Positions 50,727 to 59,098 of a stretch of DNA of 64,000 nt are shown in pieces. Within the stretch, counting starts at the first letter, position 1. Each line of letters starts with the position of its first letter. A model generated the notes under the pieces. The model searched no databases and was not told where the DNA came from. It saw nothing but the letters and a program-made list of their open reading frames with translations. Origin of the DNA: Clostridia bacterium (GTDB lineage Bacteria; Bacillota; Clostridia; Oscillospirales; CAG-272); the NCBI GenBank assembly GCA_017508195.1, contig JAFVZL010000039.1:18271-82270 (forward strand), in the 5' to 3' direction. The position numbers and the translations under genes are program-made.

Positions 50727-51950
50727 TTACGTATTGTTCGGTTCAGTTTTCGCCTTTGAAGGCTTCACCGAGCCTGACCTCAGCTTGTTTATCAGAATGA
50801 TAACGCCTACCGATATGACGGATATCAATATCCATGAAATGAACATCGGCACATAGCCGAAGCTCTTGATAACGATGCCGTATATCGCGCTGGAGACGCC
50901 CGCTCCGAGATAGGATGCGAAGTCGAGAAGTCCCGAAACCGAGGATACATTACCCGACTCGAGATAGCTCATCGGATATATCGAGGTAATTGAGGTGTTT
51001 ATCATCGAGGTCGATGCGTAGACTACGCCCAGTGCTACCACCGCGACCGCGAGTCCAAGCCCGGAAAACAAAAGAACGACCGATGCCGCAAGACAAACGG
51101 CAAAGCCGAAGAGCGCGACCGAGTTCTCCCTCTCACGAAACAGCTTTAGGAAGAAGGGGTATATCAGCCTTCCGATAAGACCTATCACGGGGATAAGCAG
51201 AACGTAATATGCCGACTCACCGAGGTCAACGCCAAAGGCAAAAGCGGTATAAGCCACCATCCACACCGTTACGTTCTCCTTCATAACACCGTGAAAGACC
51301 GACGGGATGCACATAAGAAGAATATCGCGGTTTTTCAGAAGACCGAATATCGAGCTGTGCGAGCGCTTGTCCTCTACCTCATCGGCAGGAGATATCTTCC
51401 TCGTAGCTAGAAATACTCCGCCACCGAGCAGGATATTGAGAGCACCGGGGATGATAAATGCAAACTCCACGCCAAAGGCGAGTATAAGCCATCCGCCAAG
51501 AAGTATAGCAATTATATTTCCGCTTGCAACCGCCGTTACCATAAGCGAGGTCATACGCTTAAGATACGGTCCCTTGTAGATAGAGGATACAACGCACAGA
51601 ACGCTCGACCAGAGCATCGACTGTGCATAAGCGTTTATGCTCCACAGAAGCAATATTCCGATATATGGCGGAAGAAATCCGATAGCGATATTTGCCGCGC
51701 CCGCGACACCGAGACCGATGCTCAGCATAAGCCAGGGCGGTGCCTTGTCACCGATAGTGCCGTTCACGAGTCTGCCTATCGAATATACGGTGGAAAAGAG
51801 TCCGCCGATAACGCCGTAGCCCGCCGCGTCAAAGAGCGACATAGCCTCGAGCGAGGGCTCGGCAACCGAAAGATTTACTCTCGAGATATAGATAGATGTG
51901 TACGCAAGATATACGATAAGGTATATCAGGCGTTTTTTATTAGCGCTCAT
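50727..51950 (-). CDS. MFS transporter, organophosphate:Pi-antiporter (GlpT/UhpC)-like
   Basis: 12 hydrophobic segments. N-terminal YISRVNLSVAEPSL ... GRLVNGTIGDKAPP resembles the OPA-family signature. Confidence 0.7.
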   Translation of the reverse strand: MSANKKRLIYLIVYLAYTSIYISRVNLSVAEPSLEAMSLFDAAGYGVIGGLFSTVYSIGRLVNGTIGDKAPPWLMLSIGLGVAGAANIAIGFLPPYIGILLLWSINAYAQSMLWSSVLCVVSSIYKGPYLKRMTSLMVTAVASGNIIAILLGGWLILAFGVEFAFIIPGALNILLGGGVFLATRKISPADEVEDKRSHSSIFGLLKNRDILLMCIPSVFHGVMKENVTVWMVAYTAFAFGVDLGESAYYVLLIPVIGLIGRLIYPFFLKLFRERENSVALFGFAVCLAASVVLLFSGLGLAVAVVALGVVYASTSMINTSITSIYPMSYLESGNVSSVSGLLDFASYLGAGVSSAIYGIVIKSFGYVPMFISWILISVISVGVIILINKLRSGSVKPSKAKTEPNNT

Positions 51951-51978
51951 TTTATAGTCTGTTTGCGATTAAATGCAA

Positions 51979-52010
51979 GGGTTCTCCCACAGATAAAGGC
52001 GAGAGAACCC
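51979..52010 (-). terminator. hairpin between the esterase and MFS genes (weak terminator/attenuator candidate)
   Basis: GGGTTCTC ... GAGAACCC 8-bp stem. On the minus strand it is followed by TTGCATTT, a poor U-tract. Confidence 0.35.
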
Positions 52011-52021
52011 GTATAAGTTGT

Positions 52022-55000
52022 TTATTCTGCCGTAAGAGCAACATTAAACACGGGCATCGGGAGACCCGAAGCATTCGTGATATTACCGTAGTCAATGGTT
52101 CTTAAATACTCGGTCGCATCATTTAGAGTATATACCACACCGTTCTTCGCGGTGATGGTGATAGTCTTTGCGGTAGCATCGGTCTTTACCGATGATGTGT
52201 TAAACTCAACGACCGTACCGTCACCAAGCTCGGCAAAGCACTCACCGTAAGCGTATCTTACTCTCGTAGCAGTGCCGCCCGTAGCGGTAAGGATGATCTT
52301 ATTACCGTCAACCGCACCCGAGGCATCGACCCACGTGCCGTTAACCAGAAGCTCGAAGCCGATAGGCTTATCTCCGAGAAGGAGCTTGATATCAGAGTCA
52401 AAGGTAAGAGTTACGGTAGAGCCCGAAACGGTAGCCGAGATAAGCTCGGGGTTGGTATACTCGTTAGCGAAGGTGAAATCGTACTCGTTGGCGAGTATCA
52501 TCATTGCAGCTCTCTGTCCGATGGTGGACTTTCTTCCGGGATGGATATATCCCTGATCAAAGAGAGTGAAGCCGTGAACAGCTCCGTCGAGCATGTTCGT
52601 TACGAGATAGGTATTATCGAGAGCCTCGCAGAAATCGTACTGCTCTGCCTTGAAATCGGCAAGATCCGCAGAATCGTACGAGCTGCTTACGAAGGGAGCG
52701 AGCTCCATTACGTAGAAGGGGAGCTCAGAATCGTTACCGAATACGCGTCTGTATACCTTCTCAAGCGCAGTGAAGTACTCGGTATAGGTAGTACCCTCAA
52801 CGCCGAGAGAGGTCTTGCTTACATCACCGCAACCCTGATACCACATTACACCCGCGACCTCGAAGCCCTCGAGGGGAGCGATCTGGTGATTGTAACAAAC
52901 CGTACCGAGAGTCGTATGACCCTTAGTAGGAAGCGTCAGACTGCTGTCATCCATATATTCCTTTATCTTAGCTGCCTCTGTGGGAGAGAGCGTAAGGAGA
53001 GCCTCGTAGTCTACCCACGCCTTGATCTTACTTGCACCTCTTGCAACGTGCATCAGTGCGATCGGAACGTCGGGGCCGAGCTCGTCTGCGAGCTTAGCGA
53101 CTGCGGCGTAGCCTGCCGCCGACATAAGAGAGGTGGAGCGAACGCTCTTGCCGTCAACCTTAGACCATGAAGCGGAGCCGTACTTTGAAGGATTGGCAAC
53201 GAACGAAGCCGATGACTTATAAAGGCGGATATTGCCGTATGCATCCGCAAGGGTAGCGAACTCCTCAACGTCCTCCATGTATCCCGCCTGGAGCTGAGCG
53301 TTACTCTGTCCCGACATTACCCAGACCTCGCCGACGCATACGTCGGTGAATTCAACTATGTTGGGAATGGACGCGTTCGTCTGCTCAACGGTAAGAGTAA
53401 GATTCCATTTTGCCTCCGCGATAGCGGGAAGCTCAATATAGAATTTGCCGTTTTCATCGACCTCGGTAGTACCCGAGATATCACCGAGCGTTACCTTAAG
53501 CTCCGCCTCGGTATCATCGCAGTATCCGAATACGTTTATAGTCTTTCCCCTCTGGAATACCATTCCGTTTGCGAATACGGCGGGGAAGGTGATAGGCTTG
53601 GGAGCACTGACACCGCTTGTGAGCTGATACTGACCCGAGCTTGTAGGAACCATTGCGTAGCCCTCGTTTGTAATGTAAATGCCGCTGAGAGTATTACCCT
53701 TGGTATCAACTACCGTAAGGCACTTCTCCGTCTCGTGAATGTTGACCGTACCGCTTGTAGCGAGAACGCCCGAATCAACGGTAATTTTTGTATCGTAGAT
53801 ATGCGAAACACCGCCCGTAAATACGGTGCCGGTTACGTTAAGCGTGGAGTTCATCACGGTTGCCGTTGCATCCGCACCGGTCGACATTGCCGCATAGCAG
53901 CCGTTAACTGTGAGGTTATCCGCATAGACCACAGCCTCAGCACTTAAATTGAAGGGGTATACCTTAAGACCCGAGGAGGATGTATCGTACGCCTTTACGT
54001 TCTTAAGGTGTGCAACGACCTCGGGACCGAACGAGTGGTCGAAGCCGCAAAGGTAAACGTAGGTATTGGTAGCAGTCTCGCTAAGCATCTCACCCGTGTA
54101 AGTAAGATCCACGTTCTCGAGGTAAGCCGAGCCCGAGTTGAAGTTGATAAACGCGTTAGAGCCCGCAACGCCCATATTGGTTGCAACGAAGTTGATATTC
54201 GTCACTCTCGTCACAGTCTCACGGTTGTTGATACCCGTAGAGCTCGACTGACGGGGATAGAGGAACATAAAGCTACCCGAATTTGAGAGCATCGTGCCGC
54301 GCTTGCCGTCAACGTCGGCACCGTCAAGCGAGTAGTGCATATCGCCCACATAGGCGAAGGACTTTGAGCCGGTTTCCTTCCAAGTGAGATCGTAGCCGTT
54401 GAAATCAACTATTACAGAGGTGTTATCGTTACCCGCGAAGGAGTAGTTCGATGCGATTTCGGCATTCTGTAAAAGAGTGCATATACCGACGGTAGCCTCG
54501 GTAGCAGAGCCGGTGATCGCACGCTTGATGCCGTCGGCACCCATACCCTTAACGTAGGATGAGTGGTAGGTAACAACGGGAGCCTCGCCTACCGAAGCGG
54601 TGGTAGCCATAGCTACCCTGGAGCTCAGGGTACCGGTATACTTAAGCACGTAGGTCTCACCGACGAGCACGAACTCGCAGCCTGTCTGCGCGAAGCTGCC
54701 TCCGTTAGGTGCATCACCACCCGCAACCGTCATTTCACCGTCACCATAGTAATAGAGGGGCGCCGACGTGTTGAGCTTCGAGTTATCGAAGAGTTCCGAG
54801 CTTACGAAGAGATTACCGCCGAGAATATAGAGCGTATTATTCTCCGAGGTGGAGTTGAAGGCTATAACAGCCTCGAAATCAACGGATGCAAGGAGCGCGT
54901 TGGCAGCCGTGCCGTCCGTCTCACTCAGGTTAAGTATCTTTCCTGCGAAGATATCTCCGCCCTCAATATAGCCGTTAGCACCGTAGAGATCAAGAACGAG

Positions 55001-55684
55001 GAGCTTGTCGCCGCCCGTAATATCCACGTACTTGAGGTTTGCCTTAGCTCCCGCAAACGCGGTGATAACCGTCGCTGCATCCGAAGAGGTACTCGTTACC
55101 GAGGACTCGCGGATAGTTACGGTACCGTCCTCAGCGGTAGCAAGATTCGTACCCGAGTAGGTGATATCAAGGTTCTTCACGTCAACAAGACCCGCACCGG
55201 GTGCGGCGGTAACGAGAGAGCCGTTTTCATTCGTCAGCACGAAGGCTCCGCGCTCACCGAGTGCGTTGTAGCCGCCGTTGATTCTGAACTCATACTCGGC
55301 GGTCGAAATGAAAGCAGCTTCCGACGCGGTGCTGGTGATGGTATGACCGTTCAGGTTGATATATACCTCTGCGAGAGCACCCGCGGAGATAGTTACAGTC
55401 TCGGTATGATTGACGTCCTTATTGAGCGAGAGTATGTATCTCGTCGACACGGTAGGGTCGAGATTATCGAGCTTTTTGAGAAGCTCGGCGTACGTGCCGC
55501 CCTCTCTCGAAACTTCCTTGGGCTCACCCTCATAGCCCGTATCGAGATAGGAGAACGTCTCGGTGATGAGCACCGCCTCGTAATCGCTCTCGGCATTCGC
55601 AATAAAGGTGAATACCGTCATGGTTGTGACCGCGATAGCGAGCACCAATATCAAAAGTAAAATTGATCTTGTGCTTTTCTTCAT
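52022..55684 (-). CDS. giant secreted protein, paralog of 31651..35370 (beta-helix-like region + sialate O-acetylesterase-like domain)
   Basis: Signal peptide. Shares FANGMVFQRGKTINVFG, VTLGDIS, GEVWVMSGQSNA, DFNGYD and SLDGADVDGK blocks with the 31651 protein. Start at ATG 55684 (GGGAGG SD). The listed ORF extends to 55756. Confidence 0.75.
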   Translation of the reverse strand: MKKSTRSILLLILVLAIAVTTMTVFTFIANAESDYEAVLITETFSYLDTGYEGEPKEVSREGGTYAELLKKLDNLDPTVSTRYILSLNKDVNHTETVTISAGALAEVYINLNGHTITSTASEAAFISTAEYEFRINGGYNALGERGAFVLTNENGSLVTAAPGAGLVDVKNLDITYSGTNLATAEDGTVTIRESSVTSTSSDAATVITAFAGAKANLKYVDITGGDKLLVLDLYGANGYIEGGDIFAGKILNLSETDGTAANALLASVDFEAVIAFNSTSENNTLYILGGNLFVSSELFDNSKLNTSAPLYYYGDGEMTVAGGDAPNGGSFAQTGCEFVLVGETYVLKYTGTLSSRVAMATTASVGEAPVVTYHSSYVKGMGADGIKRAITGSATEATVGICTLLQNAEIASNYSFAGNDNTSVIVDFNGYDLTWKETGSKSFAYVGDMHYSLDGADVDGKRGTMLSNSGSFMFLYPRQSSSTGINNRETVTRVTNINFVATNMGVAGSNAFINFNSGSAYLENVDLTYTGEMLSETATNTYVYLCGFDHSFGPEVVAHLKNVKAYDTSSSGLKVYPFNLSAEAVVYADNLTVNGCYAAMSTGADATATVMNSTLNVTGTVFTGGVSHIYDTKITVDSGVLATSGTVNIHETEKCLTVVDTKGNTLSGIYITNEGYAMVPTSSGQYQLTSGVSAPKPITFPAVFANGMVFQRGKTINVFGYCDDTEAELKVTLGDISGTTEVDENGKFYIELPAIAEAKWNLTLTVEQTNASIPNIVEFTDVCVGEVWVMSGQSNAQLQAGYMEDVEEFATLADAYGNIRLYKSSASFVANPSKYGSASWSKVDGKSVRSTSLMSAAGYAAVAKLADELGPDVPIALMHVARGASKIKAWVDYEALLTLSPTEAAKIKEYMDDSSLTLPTKGHTTLGTVCYNHQIAPLEGFEVAGVMWYQGCGDVSKTSLGVEGTTYTEYFTALEKVYRRVFGNDSELPFYVMELAPFVSSSYDSADLADFKAEQYDFCEALDNTYLVTNMLDGAVHGFTLFDQGYIHPGRKSTIGQRAAMMILANEYDFTFANEYTNPELISATVSGSTVTLTFDSDIKLLLGDKPIGFELLVNGTWVDASGAVDGNKIILTATGGTATRVRYAYGECFAELGDGTVVEFNTSSVKTDATAKTITITAKNGVVYTLNDATEYLRTIDYGNITNASGLPMPVFNVALTAE

Positions 55685-55745
55685 TTTATTTTCCTCCCGG
55701 ACAATGTGTAAAGTAGCGCGTGCGCTTGTATAATATACTAAAATA

Positions 55746-55775
55746 ATTATAAACAAAAAATTATTCCCGTGTCAA
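55746..55775 (-). promoter_or_regulatory. sigma-A-type promoter of the 55684<-47698 gene set
   Basis: Read on the minus strand: TTGACA, 18-nt spacer, TATAAT. Confidence 0.55.
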
Positions 55776-55809
55776 TAAAAAAAGGGGGCATTTTTAAATC
55801 TTACCCCCG
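55775..55809 (-). terminator. rho-independent terminator of the DUF1294 gene
   Basis: GGGGG ... CCCCC stem. On the minus strand it is followed by a T8-9 run. Confidence 0.65.
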
Positions 55810-55864
55810 TTTTTATGCCGTTTTCAACAATTAAATAAAATATTTTAGTGCAATTATCACAGTT

Positions 55865-56140
55865 TCACCCCTTAAGCGCAAGAAAAACGATAAGCGCGCT
55901 CTGCCAGATAACGCCAAGCGCATTAACGAGCATGAAGGATGCGTGCTTCGTCTTATGCCTGAATAAGATCATCGCGAAAAGTCCGCCGATACCGCCGCCG
56001 AAGAGCGATAGCAGAAGCAGCGTCTTCTCGGATATTCTCCACTCTCCGCGCACCGCGCGCGCCTTGTCGACACCGTAGAGCACAAAATTTATGACCGACA
56101 GTATCACTATTGCCGCAGTTACTATCTCAAACAGGTACAT
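55865..56140 (-). CDS. DUF1294-family small membrane protein
   Basis: 91 aa. YGVDKARAVRGEWRISEKTLLLLSLFGGGIGGLFAMILFRHKTKH matches the DUF1294 pattern. Confidence 0.8.
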   Translation of the reverse strand: MYLFEIVTAAIVILSVINFVLYGVDKARAVRGEWRISEKTLLLLSLFGGGIGGLFAMILFRHKTKHASFMLVNALGVIWQSALIVFLALKG

Positions 56141-56231
56141 TTCCCCACCCCCACTGAATACGCCTTTTACGATTATATTATACCAAAGTTAGGGGGAGGA
56201 TGCAATAGCAAGTCCCGAATAAAGCAGTGCG

Positions 56232-56260
56232 TTGACAAACAGGAGCGGCTGTTGTATAAT
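56232..56260 (+). promoter_or_regulatory. sigma-A-type promoter
   Basis: TTGACA (56232-56237), 17-nt spacer, TATAAT (56255-56260). Confidence 0.7.
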
Positions 56261-56286
56261 AAACTTGCTTAAGGAAAGGCGGTGAG

Positions 56287-57342
56287 ATGGTGCAATACGA
56301 TATCGCGATAATCGGTGCCGGCCCTGCGGGCGCAACGCTCGCGAGAGTGCTCGGACAGAAATGCCCCGACAAGAAAATACTTCTTCTAGACGGTGAGACG
56401 GGCGGAATAAGAAAGGTCTGCGGCGGACTTCTCTCGGAGGACGCGCAAGAGCTGCTCGCAAAAATGAACCTTGTCTTACCAAAGGACGTGCTCGAGGATC
56501 CGCAGATATTCTCGGTAGATACAATCGACCTTACCCTCGGCTTTGGGCGCAGCTATGTGCGCCACTATCTCAATATGGACCGTGCCGCCTTCGACAGATG
56601 GCTGATCTCCCTTATCGGAAAGAGCGTGGATATCACCGTCGGACGCTGCATAAAGCTCGAAAAAACCGACACGGGTCACGCCCTGACCCTGAAAACCGAC
56701 TCGGGTGTGGCACTCGTCAATACAAAATATCTCGTCGGTGCTGACGGTGCGTCATCGATAGTAAGAAGGACCTTTTTCAAGGATAAGCTCTACCGCTACG
56801 TATCCATACAGCAGTGGTTCAGAATAACAGACCCGAAGCTCCCCTACTACTCCTGTATCTTTGATAAAAAGACCAGCGACAGCTGCTCTTGGACAATAAC
56901 AAAAGGAGATTACTACATCTTTGGCGGAGCATTCCCGAAAAACGGATGCCGTAAGGCATTCGAGGAGCAGAAATCGCGCCTCGAGGATTACCTCGGTGTA
57001 AAGCTCGGAGAGCCTGTAAGGACCGAGGCCTGCCTCGTTGCATCCCCGAGAAGGCGCAGTGACTTCCTTACCGGTAAAGACGGTGTATATCTCGTAGGTG
57101 AGGCGGCAGGCTTCATCAGTGCGAGCTCCTTTGAGGGCATAAGCTCGGCAATGCTCTCGGGTATGCTCTTAGCGGATGCCATCGCTGAAGGAGCATCGAC
57201 AGAAAAAGTAACCTTTCTCTACCGCAAAAAGGTAAGAAAGCTGATATCCAAGCTCTCGCTTAAAATACCGAAAATGAAAATACTGACCTCTCCCCTCTTA
57301 AGAAGCATCATTCTTAAAAGCGGAATCACAGCAATAAAATGA
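56287..57342 (+). CDS. FAD-dependent oxidoreductase (geranylgeranyl-reductase/UbiH-like family)
   Basis: N-terminal dinucleotide fold YDIAIIGAGPAGATLA, internal LVGADGASSIVRR and C-terminal GEAAGFISASSFEG. Confidence 0.7.
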   Translation: MVQYDIAIIGAGPAGATLARVLGQKCPDKKILLLDGETGGIRKVCGGLLSEDAQELLAKMNLVLPKDVLEDPQIFSVDTIDLTLGFGRSYVRHYLNMDRAAFDRWLISLIGKSVDITVGRCIKLEKTDTGHALTLKTDSGVALVNTKYLVGADGASSIVRRTFFKDKLYRYVSIQQWFRITDPKLPYYSCIFDKKTSDSCSWTITKGDYYIFGGAFPKNGCRKAFEEQKSRLEDYLGVKLGEPVRTEACLVASPRRRSDFLTGKDGVYLVGEAAGFISASSFEGISSAMLSGMLLADAIAEGASTEKVTFLYRKKVRKLISKLSLKIPKMKILTSPLLRSIILKSGITAIK

Positions 57343-57380
57343 TCAGAGTCCCGAATCAAATAAATTGATCTCTATACTAA

Positions 57381-57446
57381 AAAAAGAAGTCCCGGCGGCG
57401 TGCTATCACAAAAGGATAACGCGTAGCGCAGGACTTCTTTTTTCTT
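57381..57446. terminator. bidirectional terminator with long loop
   Basis: A5-GAAGTCC ... GGACTTC-T6. Lies between convergent 3' ends. Confidence 0.6.
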
Positions 57447-57546
57447 TTTGTCAGCTCTGAAAATCTCCAAAATTTAAGAGGCTTTGAGCATATAAATACC
57501 GCAAATAGCGGCTTTATTGCAAATAATTATTGTCGAATTACCAATT

Positions 57547-58098
57547 TCAGAGCTTGCTTTCGTCATATACGGCACGCACACCGCCGATAAACTTAGGTCT
57601 TGTTCTGGCAGCGACGACGATCGCCTCACCGATGCGGTTGTTAGTGAGCCGCACGGGAACGGCAACCCTTTTCAGATGCATACCGATAAGAGTAAGACCG
57701 ATATCAATACCCGCATCTGCGCGTATTTCCTCAACAACGATAGCATCACTCATCATGGCGTATGCCGCAGTTGCCATCGATCCGCCCGCCTTCGGCTGCG
57801 GTACAACGTTTACCGTCTCTGCATACGGGAGCGCCTCACGCTCTGTAACGATCGCACGGTTAAGATGCTCACAGCACTGAACGGCAAGGTATATTCCCTT
57901 CTCCCTCGCATACTCATAGAAGGCACCGAACACCTCTTGCGCCACCTCGGGAGCAGAGTTGGTTCCGATTTTCTCTCCTATGATCTCACTGGTAGAGCAG
58001 CCGATGACAAGTATCTGTCCTTTTTTCAAGCTCGCTGCATCGGCTATTTCGGATATAACGAGCCTTGCCTCGTCATAGAGCGTTTTTTTCATTCCCAT
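57547..58098 (-). CDS. TIGR01440/UPF0340-family protein (YwlG-like)
   Basis: GQILVIGCSTSEIIGEKIGT and LAVQCCEHLNRAIV blocks. Start at ATG 58098 (AAGGTGGG SD). Confidence 0.8.
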   Translation of the reverse strand: MGMKKTLYDEARLVISEIADAASLKKGQILVIGCSTSEIIGEKIGTNSAPEVAQEVFGAFYEYAREKGIYLAVQCCEHLNRAIVTEREALPYAETVNVVPQPKAGGSMATAAYAMMSDAIVVEEIRADAGIDIGLTLIGMHLKRVAVPVRLTNNRIGEAIVVAARTRPKFIGGVRAVYDESKL

Positions 58099-58197
58099 GG
58101 TAAACACCCACCTTTTCATTTTTGAGATAATTATAACATACTTTCCGAAGAAAAGAATCTTCGGATATTTAATAACGTCGGATTCTAAAACCGGAGA

Positions 58198-59007
58198 TTA
58201 CCGTTCTCCCGCGCTATCCTGCGACCCCTCCGCCACGGAGCACCGGCTATTTCCGTTCTCATCTCCCGACACAACTGTGACATCTGCATTGACGCAGCGC
58301 TCCTCTGTCTGCTCACGGTAAAGCCTTCTCACCGAAAAGAACTGTCTCATAACGCATATGAGCGAGTAGATCGAGAACACGAGATAGGTTATCTGAGCAG
58401 GATGATCCTGCATCATCGAAATATCAAGCGCAATGCTGATAAACGAGCCCGCAAGCATAAACCAGGAATACTCCCTGAACGAAAGCATTGAGAGCAGCAT
58501 CGTTACGATGCCGACAAGTGTAGAAGCATTATCGAGAAGCGGATATTTTGCATCCGTATTCGTCAGTATAAAGTTTATCGCTATATAGCAAAGAGCGAAA
58601 GCGATCAGCAGAATGACGAGCTGCGCGGGTGTCAGACGCTTGAACATTGTCGAGCTTTTATATGCGCTCCTGCTCCATCTGATAAATGTGATGATCTGCA
58701 CGGGGAAGGAGACGAGCACGCAATAGGTCGTCATAGCGTAAAGCCCGAAGGAAAAATACACTACCGCATACAGTATCGAGTTAAGACCGCCGAGCAGGTT
58801 TGCGTATCTGTTAGCACCCGCCTGTAGCATACCGATGACGAGCGAAACGTAAAGAGGCACAATTCTTAGTACCTCCTGACTCGTCAGAATACCGAGCACG
58901 GTTATCATTACGCCGGCAACCGATATCAGAATGAGTGAAAAAAGATTCTTTCTCGAGAATATCTCGGCAAACAGACCGCGCTTCTCTTCCTTAACAACAC
59001 CGGACAT
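58198..59007 (-). CDS. PnuC-like nicotinamide riboside/NMN transporter family membrane protein (tentative)
   Basis: 7-8 TM segments. GANRYANLLGGLNSILYAVVYFSFGLYA...FPVQIITFIRW and a later REYSWFML resemble the two PnuC repeats. The C-terminal ~45 aa are hydrophilic. Confidence 0.5.
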   Translation of the reverse strand: MSGVVKEEKRGLFAEIFSRKNLFSLILISVAGVMITVLGILTSQEVLRIVPLYVSLVIGMLQAGANRYANLLGGLNSILYAVVYFSFGLYAMTTYCVLVSFPVQIITFIRWSRSAYKSSTMFKRLTPAQLVILLIAFALCYIAINFILTNTDAKYPLLDNASTLVGIVTMLLSMLSFREYSWFMLAGSFISIALDISMMQDHPAQITYLVFSIYSLICVMRQFFSVRRLYREQTEERCVNADVTVVSGDENGNSRCSVAEGSQDSAGER

Positions 59008-59098
59008 ATTATACCTCGTTATTATTTGGGGGCTGCCTCAAGCTCTTTAAACGAGAGGTAGCCCCTTAAGTTAAATAAAGGAAATCGTCTTAGTAAAG

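Noticed and set aside
59008-59098. Possible pnuC-motif (NAD+-II) riboswitch upstream of the PnuC-like gene
   Set aside because: There is an 11-bp hairpin (59029-59065) just upstream of the SD. Its non-canonical pair is G:T on the + strand but C:A on the gene's (minus) strand. I cannot recall or verify the consensus of that riboswitch from memory. An Rfam cmscan (pnuC motif) on the minus strand would be needed.
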